Shown: positions 26,835 to 35,793, numbered from the stretch's first letter. The stretch: DNA of 53,324 nucleotides from an uncultured Bacilli bacterium (GCA_934101445.1 CAKORQ010000001.1:1-53324); one strand, 5' to 3'. Numbers and translations are program-made. Notes: generated from the sequence alone by a model not told the origin.

Positions 26835-28095
26835 CCGCATCCTCCAATTCTTTCACAGCATCTTCATAGCTGATCTTTACTCCATCTCGGATGACATACA
26901 CATCCTTACTATCCTGATTTCTGAACTCCAGATATCTCTTTACTGCTACATCCACAAATTTTGGTTCCAGTTCAATTCCATAGCAGGTTCTGTCAATCTG
27001 CTCACAGGCAATCAGTGTGGATGCAGAACCAAGGAATCCATCCAGTACGACTCCATTGGCCTGTGTACTCTGCTGTATCAAATAAGCAATCAGTGGAACC
27101 GGTTTACTGGATGGATGACCAAATCCATCCTCCTTGGAATTTTTAATTCCATCGAATTCAAAAATGGATTTCTGCTTCTGGTCACCATACCAGATATGAC
27201 GCCCATCCTTGCGCCAGCCCCAGAAAATAGGTTCTCCATTGAATTTCCAGTCCGTTCTCATAAGCGGTGCCCTTGGCTTTTTCCACATCAGCCCTGCACC
27301 CAGTTTAAATCCAGCATCCTCGTAAGCATCAATAAACACCCTTGTCTTCATGGTGGCATAAAATACATAAATAGAAGCATCTACCGCCATGTGATCATGG
27401 AACTGGGTAAATGCTTTCATTAAAAATTCATAGCCGTCCTTATCATTCAGATCATCGTTTGCAATTTTCCCAGATGCATTTTCAAGTGCTACAAAGTACG
27501 GCGGGTCGGTGCAGACCAGATTTGCCTTAACCTCCCCCAGAAGGGAATCATAGGTATCTGCTATCGTAGAATCCCCGCAGATAACCCGGTGTCTTCCAAG
27601 ATGCCAGATATCTCCGGTCTTAGAAAAGCACGGCTTTGCCAGTTCTTCCTCCACATCAAATTCATCCTCTTTTGCCTCTGTAGCATCCGGTGCAAAAAGA
27701 TCTGCAATCTCCTGTTCCTCAAACCCCGTAAGCGATACATCGAAGTCATATCCTTGCAGGGCTTCCAATTCAACTTTCAAAAGAGCATCATCCCAGCCTG
27801 CATCCATTGCCATACGGTTGTCTGCCAGAATATAGGCTTTCTTCTGAGCCTCTGTCAGATGATCCACATACACACAGGGAACTTTGCTTAGTCCCTCTTC
27901 CTTAGCAGCCATCAGTCTACCGTGTCCGGCTATCACGTTATACTCTCGGTCAATCAGTATTGGATTGATAAATCCAAACTCTCTCATAGAAGACCGCAGC
28001 TTTAACACCTGTTCCTGTGAATGAGTTCTCGCATTATTCTGATATGGTATCAATTTCGAGGTATCTACAACTTCGAATTCTGTTGTTGTAATCAT
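26818..28095 (-). CDS. ParB-like nuclease domain fused to an N6/N4 DNA methyltransferase (orphan phage MTase)
   Basis: N-terminal IPYQNNARTHS...ILIDREYNVIAGHGR ParB-N motifs; TDPPYF catalytic motif; LDGFLGSASTLIA AdoMet motif. Confidence 0.9.
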   Translation of the reverse strand: MITTTEFEVVDTSKLIPYQNNARTHSQEQVLKLRSSMREFGFINPILIDREYNVIAGHGRLMAAKEEGLSKVPCVYVDHLTEAQKKAYILADNRMAMDAGWDDALLKVELEALQGYDFDVSLTGFEEQEIADLFAPDATEAKEDEFDVEEELAKPCFSKTGDIWHLGRHRVICGDSTIADTYDSLLGEVKANLVCTDPPYFVALENASGKIANDDLNDKDGYEFLMKAFTQFHDHMAVDASIYVFYATMKTRVFIDAYEDAGFKLGAGLMWKKPRAPLMRTDWKFNGEPIFWGWRKDGRHIWYGDQKQKSIFEFDGIKNSKEDGFGHPSSKPVPLIAYLIQQSTQANGVVLDGFLGSASTLIACEQIDRTCYGIELEPKFVDVAVKRYLEFRNQDSKDVYVIRDGVKISYEDAVKELEDADGTTE

Positions 28096-28259
28096 CCTTC
28101 AATCCCCCGCTTTTTCAGTAGTCTATCTAATCCCCGGTTTGCACCTTCCACATCTCCAGCATTGATCTGTCCACGGATTGTTCTGTATTCCTGAATAGTA
28201 AGATATCTCTTCATTCCTTCCAGCCTTCCCAGCACATATGCCAAATTCATATCAACCAT
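28092..28259 (-). CDS. Small hypothetical protein (55 aa)
   Basis: AGGGAGG RBS 7 nt upstream of the ATG at 28259. ATGA overlap with the downstream MTase. Confidence 0.45.
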   Translation of the reverse strand: MVDMNLAYVLGRLEGMKRYLTIQEYRTIRGQINAGDVEGANRGLDRLLKKRGIEG

Positions 28260-28818
28260 TTCGTTTCCTCCCTGTCCTAAGAAGCTGTTCCATAATATCC
28301 TCCTGTGGATTTGCTCCGGTATATTCACTGCTGCAGTTTTCCTTCACAACCTGAAAAATCGAATACCAGATAGCGGATGCCTGTTTCTGGTATTGTTGCG
28401 ATATCGTAATATATGGACTGGAACAGGCAGCTCCCGTTGTCGGATGCTTTGCTAAGAATCCATACTGTGTAATGGCTCTCTCGCATTGAATCCATCTGGA
28501 TACGGCCACGGCATACTGTTCAATCTGCTCTTTGCTGATCAGCTTTTCACAGCCCCTCTCCTTAAGCCACATCCATGTCTTTTTAAAGATAGCTGCTGCC
28601 TCGAATTCCTCTCCATCTTTCTGTGTTTCCTTTAAATACTCACTGGGTTCAGGCATCTCTACTCCAGTTAAATCCGCTGTGTCAGAGAAATCCACTACCG
28701 TGAGTTTTCTGCCACCCGGATTTCCCATTGCTATTTTATCTGCTAAAGCCTTTGGCTTTCTGCCTGATCCTGTGCGTTGTCCTCCACGGACAGTCCCATC
28801 TTTCGCCAAGTGCATCAC
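28252..28818 (-). CDS. terS: Terminase small subunit, P27 family
   Basis: GGQRTGSGRKPK...AAAIFKKTWMWLKERG...ISKEQIEQYA..VSRWIQCE pattern; located downstream of HNH. Confidence 0.85.
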   Translation of the reverse strand: MMHLAKDGTVRGGQRTGSGRKPKALADKIAMGNPGGRKLTVVDFSDTADLTGVEMPEPSEYLKETQKDGEEFEAAAIFKKTWMWLKERGCEKLISKEQIEQYAVAVSRWIQCERAITQYGFLAKHPTTGAACSSPYITISQQYQKQASAIWYSIFQVVKENCSSEYTGANPQEDIMEQLLRTGRKRNG

Positions 28819-28948
28819 CTCATTTTTTCTATGAAATTGCTCCGGGGTCTTATTCCCCGTTTGATTTTGCCTTTTTTATGCAAAAGACCCTGCGCCCGTT
28901 CCCCCGGCGGCTATGATGTAGAGATTTGCATACCCCCTGGGGTGACAG

Positions 28949-29308
28949 TCAGTGCCATCTGTCTCCACGGCTTGCGTGGATTTTTCCATGACAGCTACTG
29001 CACAAAGCCTGCAGGTTTTCCATCCGGTTGGTTCCTCCCTCAGAAATTGGAATTTTATGATGAACCAATACGGATGGTACTGCTTTACCTTCTGCATAAC
29101 AGATTTCACAAAGCGGATGCTCCTTCCGATATCTGGCTGATATCTTCGACCAGCTGTTGTTGTACCGTTTCTTTGCATCATACTTCCTTCCGTACTTCTC
29201 ATACTCCCTGTTCCGTTGCTTTTCATGTTCCGGGCAAAACCTCTTGTTCTTATCAATCAGAACCGGACACCCTTGATAGGCACAGGGATGTTTTGGCCAT
29301 GAAGGCAT
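28949..29308 (-). CDS. HNH endonuclease (terminase-associated type)
   Basis: CEICYAEG...VHHKIPISEGG...NLQALCSSCH. GGGTGGTGA RBS before the ATG at 29308. Confidence 0.9.
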   Translation of the reverse strand: MPSWPKHPCAYQGCPVLIDKNKRFCPEHEKQRNREYEKYGRKYDAKKRYNNSWSKISARYRKEHPLCEICYAEGKAVPSVLVHHKIPISEGGTNRMENLQALCSSCHGKIHASRGDRWH

Positions 29309-29423
29309 ATCATTCACCACCCTTATTTTCTGCATAAGAAAAGCCCTCACTGTGTATACCACAATGAAGGCTCCTGTCGGCTTCTTTATCATATTTTCTG
29401 ATTTTACAATATCATACCTGACA

Positions 29424-29879
29424 CTATGGCATTCTATGGCAAACCATAGCAACTTTTAAATTAATGGGATTTTCCGGTATTTTTATTCTTGCTATTGCCT
29501 TGTTATGCCATCTCTGAACCGTTGTTATATCCGCACACATCTTATCTCCGATTCTGGACCAGGACAGGTTGTGAATGTAACGGTACTTCAATATCATCTG
29601 GTACTCCGGCTTTTCTACCTGACTGATGATTTCCCGTATCTGTTCTTTGAGTTCCAAAAGCAGTTTCACCTCATTCAGTATTTTTTCTTCCATCATGGAC
29701 ATCTTTTCTATTGTCTTAATGTAAGGAGCGTCCTTATTCTTTGTAGCATTATAATGCTCTTCAAATCCAGGAGACGAAATCGTCTGTGCCATAATACGTA
29801 GTTCTTCCAGTTCAATGGTGTCAGATTTGATTCGCTGGTCTAAGAGATATGATTGTCCCAAATATTCCTTTACCGTCAT
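29424..29879 (-). CDS. ArpU/RinA-like late transcriptional regulator (sigma-70 region-4-like HTH)
   Basis: C-terminal PEYQMILKYRYIHNLSWSRIGDKMCADITTVQRWHNKAIARI. Confidence 0.7.
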   Translation of the reverse strand: MTVKEYLGQSYLLDQRIKSDTIELEELRIMAQTISSPGFEEHYNATKNKDAPYIKTIEKMSMMEEKILNEVKLLLELKEQIREIISQVEKPEYQMILKYRYIHNLSWSRIGDKMCADITTVQRWHNKAIARIKIPENPINLKVAMVCHRMP

Positions 29880-30094
29880 GCTTCCACCTCACTTTCCAGT
29901 TTCAAAAGAAGTGCTTTGCCATCCAAAGAAGTAAACACATTGAAATATGGAGATTGGAAAAATTTTTCACATTCTGACTTTGTCTGTTCTGCCACCACGT
30001 TCTTTTTCCCGTGGGATAGTTTTATCACAGCCTCTCTGTAGTCTTTTACTGCCTGTAACACTACAGCATTGGCCAAATTCTCATATGGGTTCAT
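29876..30094 (-). CDS. Small hypothetical protein (72 aa)
   Basis: GGAGGGAG RBS before the ATG at 30094; overlaps the downstream regulator gene. Confidence 0.5.
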   Translation of the reverse strand: MNPYENLANAVVLQAVKDYREAVIKLSHGKKNVVAEQTKSECEKFFQSPYFNVFTSLDGKALLLKLESEVEA

Positions 30095-30138
30095 AAATTC
30101 TCCCTCCAACTCATTTTCCTTGGAATGACCATGATTGA

Positions 30139-31497
30139 CTACATCTCTGCTTTGACAGCATCAATCAGTGAATTTTGTGTACTGTCCTTCTCAGACAATG
30201 CTTTCATGATTCTCTCATCGACTGTTCCCTTTGATATCAGGTGTATAATAGTAACTGTTCCCTCTGCCTGTCCCTGACGATATAATCTGCATACACACTG
30301 CTGATAAAGTTCCAAAGACCAAGTAATCCCAAACCATACCATTGTATTTCCGCCCTGCTGCAGATTAAGACCATGTCCTGCCGATGCAGGATGAATCAAT
30401 GCAACAGGAATTTCCTTGTTATTCCATGCAGTGATACTCTCCTCGGAATCAATCTTTCCATAGTCCACGCCCATTTTCTGAAGGCGTTTTGTAATTCTAT
30501 CAAAATCATGCTTAAACCAATATGCCACAAGAATCGGTTTCCCATTGGCGGCTTCAATGATATCCTCCAATGCATCCAGCTTCCGGTCATGATAGGTAAT
30601 CACCTGTTTTTCATCGGAATACACAGCACCGTTTGCCATTTGGGAAAGTTTGTTAACAAGGGATGCTGCATTTGCCGCTGTTACCTCATGTTCCGGTGTC
30701 GAAAGAATCAGTTCTTCTTTCAGTTCTTTATATTTCTCCATCTCTGCCTCGTCCAGATAGACCGGATATTTCGTACTGATAAGTTCTGGCATGTCCAGGT
30801 AGTCAACGGCTTTCATGGAAATCGTAATATCTTGTATCTTTTCATAAATCTGCTCTTCTGCACCAGGCAGAAGTTTATAACTGTATACAACAGGTCCGTT
30901 TACCCTGTCTGGCTTAAAATAGTTCAAACGGTACTGTCCAATAAATCTTCCAAGTCTCTGCCCCATATCCAGAACCTTAAATTCTGCAAACAGATCCATC
31001 AGTCCCTGACTTGCAGGTGTTCCAGTAAGACCCACGATTCTTTTTATGAATGGTCGAACCTTCATAAGTGCCTTATGCCTTGCAGTCTGATGGTTTTTGA
31101 ATGATGATAATTCATCAATCACAACCATATCAAAGTTGAATAGAACATTGCTTTTATTAACAAGCCACGGTACATTTTCACGGTTGATGATATAGATGTC
31201 AGCATCTGCTGTTAGTGCTTTCTTTCTTTGTGCGACAGTACCTGTCACAATGGAAAGTCTGTAGCCGGACAGCTGCTCCCACTTGTTTACCTCATCCCTC
31301 CATGTTCGTGTAACTCGCAGGGGACAGATAACAAGTACCTTCACAATCTCGAAATACTCATACATCAGATAGTCGATTGCCATAAGTGTTATGGCTGTCT
31401 TTCCCATTCCCATATCAAGAAGTACTGCCGTTATGGGATTATGGGTGATAAAATTGATTGCATACTGCTGATAACTATGCGGTCTGAATCTCATCAA
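30139..31497 (-). CDS. SNF2-family helicase
   Basis: Walker A LDMGMGKT; motif II DELSSFKN; C-terminal helicase motifs (HPASAGHGLNLQ, RLYRQGQ). Confidence 0.9.
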   Translation of the reverse strand: MMRFRPHSYQQYAINFITHNPITAVLLDMGMGKTAITLMAIDYLMYEYFEIVKVLVICPLRVTRTWRDEVNKWEQLSGYRLSIVTGTVAQRKKALTADADIYIINRENVPWLVNKSNVLFNFDMVVIDELSSFKNHQTARHKALMKVRPFIKRIVGLTGTPASQGLMDLFAEFKVLDMGQRLGRFIGQYRLNYFKPDRVNGPVVYSYKLLPGAEEQIYEKIQDITISMKAVDYLDMPELISTKYPVYLDEAEMEKYKELKEELILSTPEHEVTAANAASLVNKLSQMANGAVYSDEKQVITYHDRKLDALEDIIEAANGKPILVAYWFKHDFDRITKRLQKMGVDYGKIDSEESITAWNNKEIPVALIHPASAGHGLNLQQGGNTMVWFGITWSLELYQQCVCRLYRQGQAEGTVTIIHLISKGTVDERIMKALSEKDSTQNSLIDAVKAEM

Positions 31498-31756
31498 GGA
31501 TACCTCCTATATTTTCTATGGTATCAAGGACATACACCTTAAAACCTAAATGCTGTAACAGCCTATGCCGGGATGCCTGTAATGGTCTTGGCTTTTCTCC
31601 CGGAGCCTTAACTTCCACCAGACCAAAATGCCTACCCGGTAGGAATACCAATCGGTCGGGCATCCCATCAAAGGATGGGCAGACCCATTTAGGACAGATG
31701 CCACCACGTTTTTTTACTTCACTTACTAATTTCTGTTCAATGGTCTTTTCTCTCAT
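31475..31756 (-). CDS. VRR-NUC domain nuclease
   Basis: GMPDRLVFLPGRHFGLVEVKAPGEKPRPLQ (D..EVK motif). GGGAGG RBS 7 nt upstream of the ATG at 31756. Confidence 0.85.
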   Translation of the reverse strand: MREKTIEQKLVSEVKKRGGICPKWVCPSFDGMPDRLVFLPGRHFGLVEVKAPGEKPRPLQASRHRLLQHLGFKVYVLDTIENIGGILDEIQTA

Positions 31757-31969
31757 CAGCGAACCTCCCATCAAAATTTGAAAACTATGACGGTCAAGAC
31801 ACTCTCTGCCCAAACCTCTCTATATACATTTTTTAATTTCTTCTATAGACTACTTTTGGTAGAGAGTGTAATGACTATCACAAATGGCTTAAAATAAGGG
31901 TTTATCACATTATGAATAGAACTCGTAAAAGTTTATATTTGACCGCCATCGACTGTCATTTGCAAAATG

Positions 31970-34246
31970 TTAAATGAAATCACTTCCAGATTTGAGTTTC
32001 ACGCCATGCACGAAACTTCCCTTATTCGTTTTGTGTCTGAAAAATCCTGCCTGTTCAATAGCTGCATAAAAGTCAGTTGTACTACGGATATATTCGCCTC
32101 CCTGAATACAGTAAGCACGATACTGCTGATAAAACTCCCCAGATTTTTCTTCTAAATTGGATCCAATCTCGCAGCAGTCTGCAAGGAAATGCCCAAGCCA
32201 GTCATTATCCTCACGATATGCAGCCACAGCATCCTCCACACACTTCGGGTCATCCACCTTATAATCGTTGTGGCTTACCTTCTCTGCTCCCTCAATGATC
32301 CATTTCATGATGGCAGGAGCAGCATTTTCATATAAATAATCTGCATAATTTTTGATGTCGGAATTTCCCTGTATCTTGGCATTAAACGGAATTACCTTAA
32401 GTCTCCTCCAAATACCGTCATCATTGGCTCCAACCTTCGGAAGATGGTTGGTATATAAAGTCACTTGATGGGATGGTACAAAATGAAACGGGTCTTTGTA
32501 TTTCTTACAAGCCTGAATCTCATCCGTAGAACACAGCTGTTTTACCATTGCCGTATTAAGGCGCACACCCTCCTGCATTTCAGAGGCAATGATAAGACGC
32601 TTTCCCTTAAGTTCCGCCATCTCCGGCTGAGCATTTACCTTGTTTCCCATCGTGAGAATGTCCGAAGATATCTTCCCTGCATAACTTCCAAGTACTCTGG
32701 CTACCGTGTTCCAGAAGGTGCTTTTTCCATTTGCCCCGTCCCCGTAGGCAATAATAATGAATTCCGAATATACCTTTCCAATGGCTGCAAGTCCAATCAC
32801 CTGCTGAACGTAATCAATCAATTCTGTATCACTACAGAAAAAAGTCTGCAGGGCTTCCTGCCAGATATCCGCTCCCTGATCTCCCGGGGAGCATTCTGTT
32901 ATCTTGGTAATCAAATCCCTCGAATCATGCTCTCTTCCTCCGGCCACACCACTTTTAAGATCATAGGTTGCATCCGGGGTATTCAAAAGATCAGGATTAG
33001 AATCGAGGTCTGATACCTTTACCCCAAGCATGGACTTGGCTACATTTAAGGTTGCTGTGATATACTTGTAATCTCTACGTTTCATGGAAAAGGCAAGATA
33101 CTTTTCTGCCCCGACAAGCATATAAAAAAGGGCAAGATGTGCTGACTGGATTTCCTTCGCCAGTGCCTTAGAACCCTGATCCACCAATTTTTCATCATAT
33201 CCGGCATCAACCAACGCTTTCTTTGCTGCCTCTAACAAGTCTTTGGCGTCCTGTAACTGCAGATCAAGGAATTCCACACAGGCGCCAACTGCCATCTGCT
33301 TATCCTCAACCCAGGCCGTTCCGTTATAACGCATATAATCTGTAGCTGCCGTAAACAAAAGTTCTTCGCCATATACTCTGGACAATACTTTTGCCTGTCC
33401 GATGTCGGAGTAGTCTTCCGGACGGAGATATCCCGGTCCATTACCAAAATCATCATTATACTGATCCGGTGGAACATACCCACTGCTACCACTTATTTTT
33501 GTCCGGAAGAATTTAAGTGCAGAAAACCAAACCGTCTGCAGTTCACCATCAGGAAGTGGTGGGGTACACTTGTCCGCTTCTTCCATAAATAAATTTTTTG
33601 CTTTTTCACTCTCCCCGTACCGTTTCAGCACTTTTGCTGCAAACAGGGAAAGCGTATTATTCCGGTTACCTTCCGGAATTGTTCCCCCGGAAATTGGAAA
33701 CTCCTGTTCATCATCTGTAATAGCAATTTCATCGGAAATCAGAATCCACCCATCATGCCACACTACATCATCTATATCCACATCTGCTCCAAAAATAAAT
33801 CTGGCAGCATCCAGCGCATTCCCATCAAAGAAGGGGAATACACTATGAATGGCACGTTTCATGCCTGCATAATAGGCAGCATCTGTGATTTCAGGAATAA
33901 GAAAATATACATGAAATCTTGGTCTGGGTGATTTTCCATCCTTGGGAAGCAGATTGTGTCTGCTTGGTGCGATGACATAGGCAATATCCGGCATCAATTC
34001 ATCCAGCTTTTCCGGAGTAATCCAATCCTCCGGATCATCACTATGGTCATTGTCACAATCCATTACTACAACATTGGAATGCAGGAAGTTCCCGGCACTC
34101 CTGTAATTCTTTTCATACTCTGCACATACATGGTCAAATTTGAGTGCTTTTGCCATATCTTCCGGAGTCGAAATCTCTACCTTTTTCGGGTAGAGACAGT
34201 TTCTTTTATCTCCTGAGGTGCTTGCAATCCATAAATCCAAGGTCAT
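31970..34246 (-). CDS. Primase-polymerase / D5-P4 family SF3 helicase (replicative primase-helicase)
   Basis: 758 aa. N-terminal prim-pol-like acidic motifs (VVMDCDNDH). Walker A YGDGANGKST with a P4/D5-type C-terminal region. Confidence 0.88.
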   Translation of the reverse strand: MTLDLWIASTSGDKRNCLYPKKVEISTPEDMAKALKFDHVCAEYEKNYRSAGNFLHSNVVVMDCDNDHSDDPEDWITPEKLDELMPDIAYVIAPSRHNLLPKDGKSPRPRFHVYFLIPEITDAAYYAGMKRAIHSVFPFFDGNALDAARFIFGADVDIDDVVWHDGWILISDEIAITDDEQEFPISGGTIPEGNRNNTLSLFAAKVLKRYGESEKAKNLFMEEADKCTPPLPDGELQTVWFSALKFFRTKISGSSGYVPPDQYNDDFGNGPGYLRPEDYSDIGQAKVLSRVYGEELLFTAATDYMRYNGTAWVEDKQMAVGACVEFLDLQLQDAKDLLEAAKKALVDAGYDEKLVDQGSKALAKEIQSAHLALFYMLVGAEKYLAFSMKRRDYKYITATLNVAKSMLGVKVSDLDSNPDLLNTPDATYDLKSGVAGGREHDSRDLITKITECSPGDQGADIWQEALQTFFCSDTELIDYVQQVIGLAAIGKVYSEFIIIAYGDGANGKSTFWNTVARVLGSYAGKISSDILTMGNKVNAQPEMAELKGKRLIIASEMQEGVRLNTAMVKQLCSTDEIQACKKYKDPFHFVPSHQVTLYTNHLPKVGANDDGIWRRLKVIPFNAKIQGNSDIKNYADYLYENAAPAIMKWIIEGAEKVSHNDYKVDDPKCVEDAVAAYREDNDWLGHFLADCCEIGSNLEEKSGEFYQQYRAYCIQGGEYIRSTTDFYAAIEQAGFFRHKTNKGSFVHGVKLKSGSDFI

Positions 34247-34249
34247 TCG

Positions 34250-34516
34250 TTACCCCTCCTCGCTTAATGCGATAATATTAAAAAGTAAATCCAGCATCAG
34301 TTCTTTGGCGGGGATATTGGAATCAAACTGTAATGCTCTGGTTCCATCCGGACGAATTAACATTGCTGCTACTCCAGAACAATGATCAGGAACCTCTATG
34401 GTAATATGAGTATTCCATCTGCCCTTTTCTGTCTTCTGCTGATACTCCGGTCTGGAAACCAGGACTTCTTCCCAAATCTGCTGCATGGTTACTTTTTCGT
34501 TTCTTCCTTTTTCCAT
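34250..34516 (-). CDS. Hypothetical protein (88 aa)
   Basis: ORF in the operon; overlaps the upstream gene's stop. Confidence 0.45.
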   Translation of the reverse strand: MEKGRNEKVTMQQIWEEVLVSRPEYQQKTEKGRWNTHITIEVPDHCSGVAAMLIRPDGTRALQFDSNIPAKELMLDLLFNIIALSEEG

Positions 34517-35061
34517 AATGAAATCTCCTTGTCAGTAAAATATCTGATTGTCATGTTTTTTCGCTCTGCATATGCGATTTCATTCTCCATTCCCTTGGAA
34601 TGCGCATCCCCAAATACCCACAGTTCTGCACATTTAGATAAAATTGCAATTCCCATAAACAAAGCAAGATCACGTTCCGTTTCCTCAGACATAAATTGAG
34701 GAAAAAGTAAATGCGGAGCTATAGGGATTGCTCCATGATTCACTGCATATCTGCTATACTGCTTGGCTTTCTTTATATTTCCTGCAATATCCCCACTAAA
34801 GGGAGAACAAATATACACCATTGGTCTAAATCTTTTCTGCTCCCGGTCTATGTTGGCAAACGCCTGGTATGGTACTACATCCGGATATCCTTCCTGATTT
34901 TTATAACCTATCCCATCAGACTCACCTCTTCCACTTTTTTGATAGGGATACGGATTTATCCCTTCACTATCCAATGGACATGGATTTATGAATTGGGCGG
35001 AGTTTTCTTTACTTTTTTCACTGTGGTTGGATTTCTTCCTTTTTATATGAAAAATTTGCAA
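34489..35061 (-). CDS. DUF4406 (nucleoside 2-deoxyribosyltransferase-like fold) protein; start uncertain
   Basis: VYICSPFSGD...IPIAPHLLFPQ...CAELWVFGD.HSKGMENEI motif set. The ORF-track start is a TTG with a weak RBS. The first ATG is at MVYICSP. Confidence 0.65.
   Translation of the reverse strand: MQIFHIKRKKSNHSEKSKENSAQFINPCPLDSEGINPYPYQKSGRGESDGIGYKNQEGYPDVVPYQAFANIDREQKRFRPMVYICSPFSGDIAGNIKKAKQYSRYAVNHGAIPIAPHLLFPQFMSEETERDLALFMGIAILSKCAELWVFGDAHSKGMENEIAYAERKNMTIRYFTDKEISLWKKEETKK
34963..35003. repeat. Left arm of a 41-bp imperfect inverted repeat (TTCACTATCCAATGGACA - 12 nt - TTGGGCGGAGT)
   Basis: Its reverse complement recurs at 35216..35256, with 18/18 and 11/11 identical blocks separated by a 12-nt spacer. 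Confidence 0.85.
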
Positions 35062-35215
35062 TTAATGTTTTCCATAAAATCCACCGCCCGATTTGAAAAA
35101 CAATGTCCATAAGACAGTGAGAAGCAGCGGAAAACATCTTTTTAATGATTTCCGTCCAAATCCCAATAAGCTGTCCGCCGGATAGCAAGGGGCATAGAAA
35201 ATTAAATTTTAAAAT

Positions 35216-35256
35216 ACTCCGCCCAAGGCTTCAAAGCCTGTCCATTGGATAGTGAA
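35216..35256. repeat. Right arm of the 41-bp inverted repeat (ACTCCGCCCAA - 12 nt - TGTCCATTGGATAGTGAA)
   Basis: See the left arm. The 12-nt spacer here (GGCTTCAAAGCC) is itself palindromic. Box B contains the palindrome TCCAtTGGA. Confidence 0.85.
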
Positions 35257-35291
35257 ACATAAAGAAACACTTCAGAAAGGCGGTGCTAGAA

Positions 35292-35456
35292 ATGTCAGCC
35301 ATTATGACCACAGAATCGAAAGCCGTCCATGATACTAACCTGGATCATGAACTAGCAGATGTTCTGATAGCAATTAGTGTTATTACAAGACAGCTTGCGA
35401 AGAAAATCACAGCCAATCAAATGTCAAAGGAGGAAAAATCTAATGAAAAACACTGA
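35292..35456 (+). CDS. Small hypothetical protein (54 aa), first gene of the plus-strand replication arm
   Basis: ATG-initiated ORF MSAIMTTESKAVHDTNLDHELADVLIAISVITRQLAKK..., below the ORF-track size cut-off. Overlaps the next gene's start. Confidence 0.35.
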   Translation: MSAIMTTESKAVHDTNLDHELADVLIAISVITRQLAKKITANQMSKEEKSNEKH

Positions 35457-35793
35457 AATCTCAGCTTTGCTGAAAAACATCTCGGACAGTTTTCTTGCTC
35501 TGAGTAAAATTTTCTCTTCTACTGAAGAAATTGCCTCAGCAAAACAGCCCAAAGCATCTGTGCTGGAAGAAACAGGAATTGAGGAAAGCAAATCGGAAAC
35601 AGCATCTAAATCCTATACAAAGGAAGAAGTCAGAGCCTTACTGGCACAAAAGGCCAAAGCTGATGCTGGTATTTACAAAGCTGATGTAAAAGCCATCGTA
35701 GCTAAATATTCATCAGATGGTACTCTGACCAAAGTCCCGGAAGAAAACTATCCGGAACTGGTAGCGGCATTGGAGGTGATAGGCAATGGCTAA
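35443..35793 (+). CDS. Hypothetical protein (116 aa) preceding DUF2800
   Basis: AAAGGAGGA RBS before the ATG at 35443 (MKNTEISALL...). The ORF-track start at 35377 is a GTG without an RBS. Confidence 0.6.
   Translation: MKNTEISALLKNISDSFLALSKIFSSTEEIASAKQPKASVLEETGIEESKSETASKSYTKEEVRALLAQKAKADAGIYKADVKAIVAKYSSDGTLTKVPEENYPELVAALEVIGNG

Noticed and set aside
28949-29452. Long (167-aa) version of the HNH ORF
   Set aside because: The N-terminal 48 codons overlap the upstream regulator gene and lack an RBS. The internal ATG at 29308 has a GGGTGGTGA RBS and starts the conserved HNH protein.
26677-31104. Plus-strand ORFs of 248 aa (26677..27423) and 243 aa (30373..31104)
   Set aside because: They are antisense to the ParB-MTase/C5-MTase and to the SNF2 helicase respectively. 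No motifs, and biased composition.
35206-35262. Short plus-strand frame ILKYSAQGFKACPLDSET* resembling the N-terminal extension of the DUF4406 ORF
   Set aside because: It has no start codon and is closed by stops on both sides. The similarity is simply the consequence of the 41-bp inverted repeat, so it was not annotated as a gene or pseudogene.
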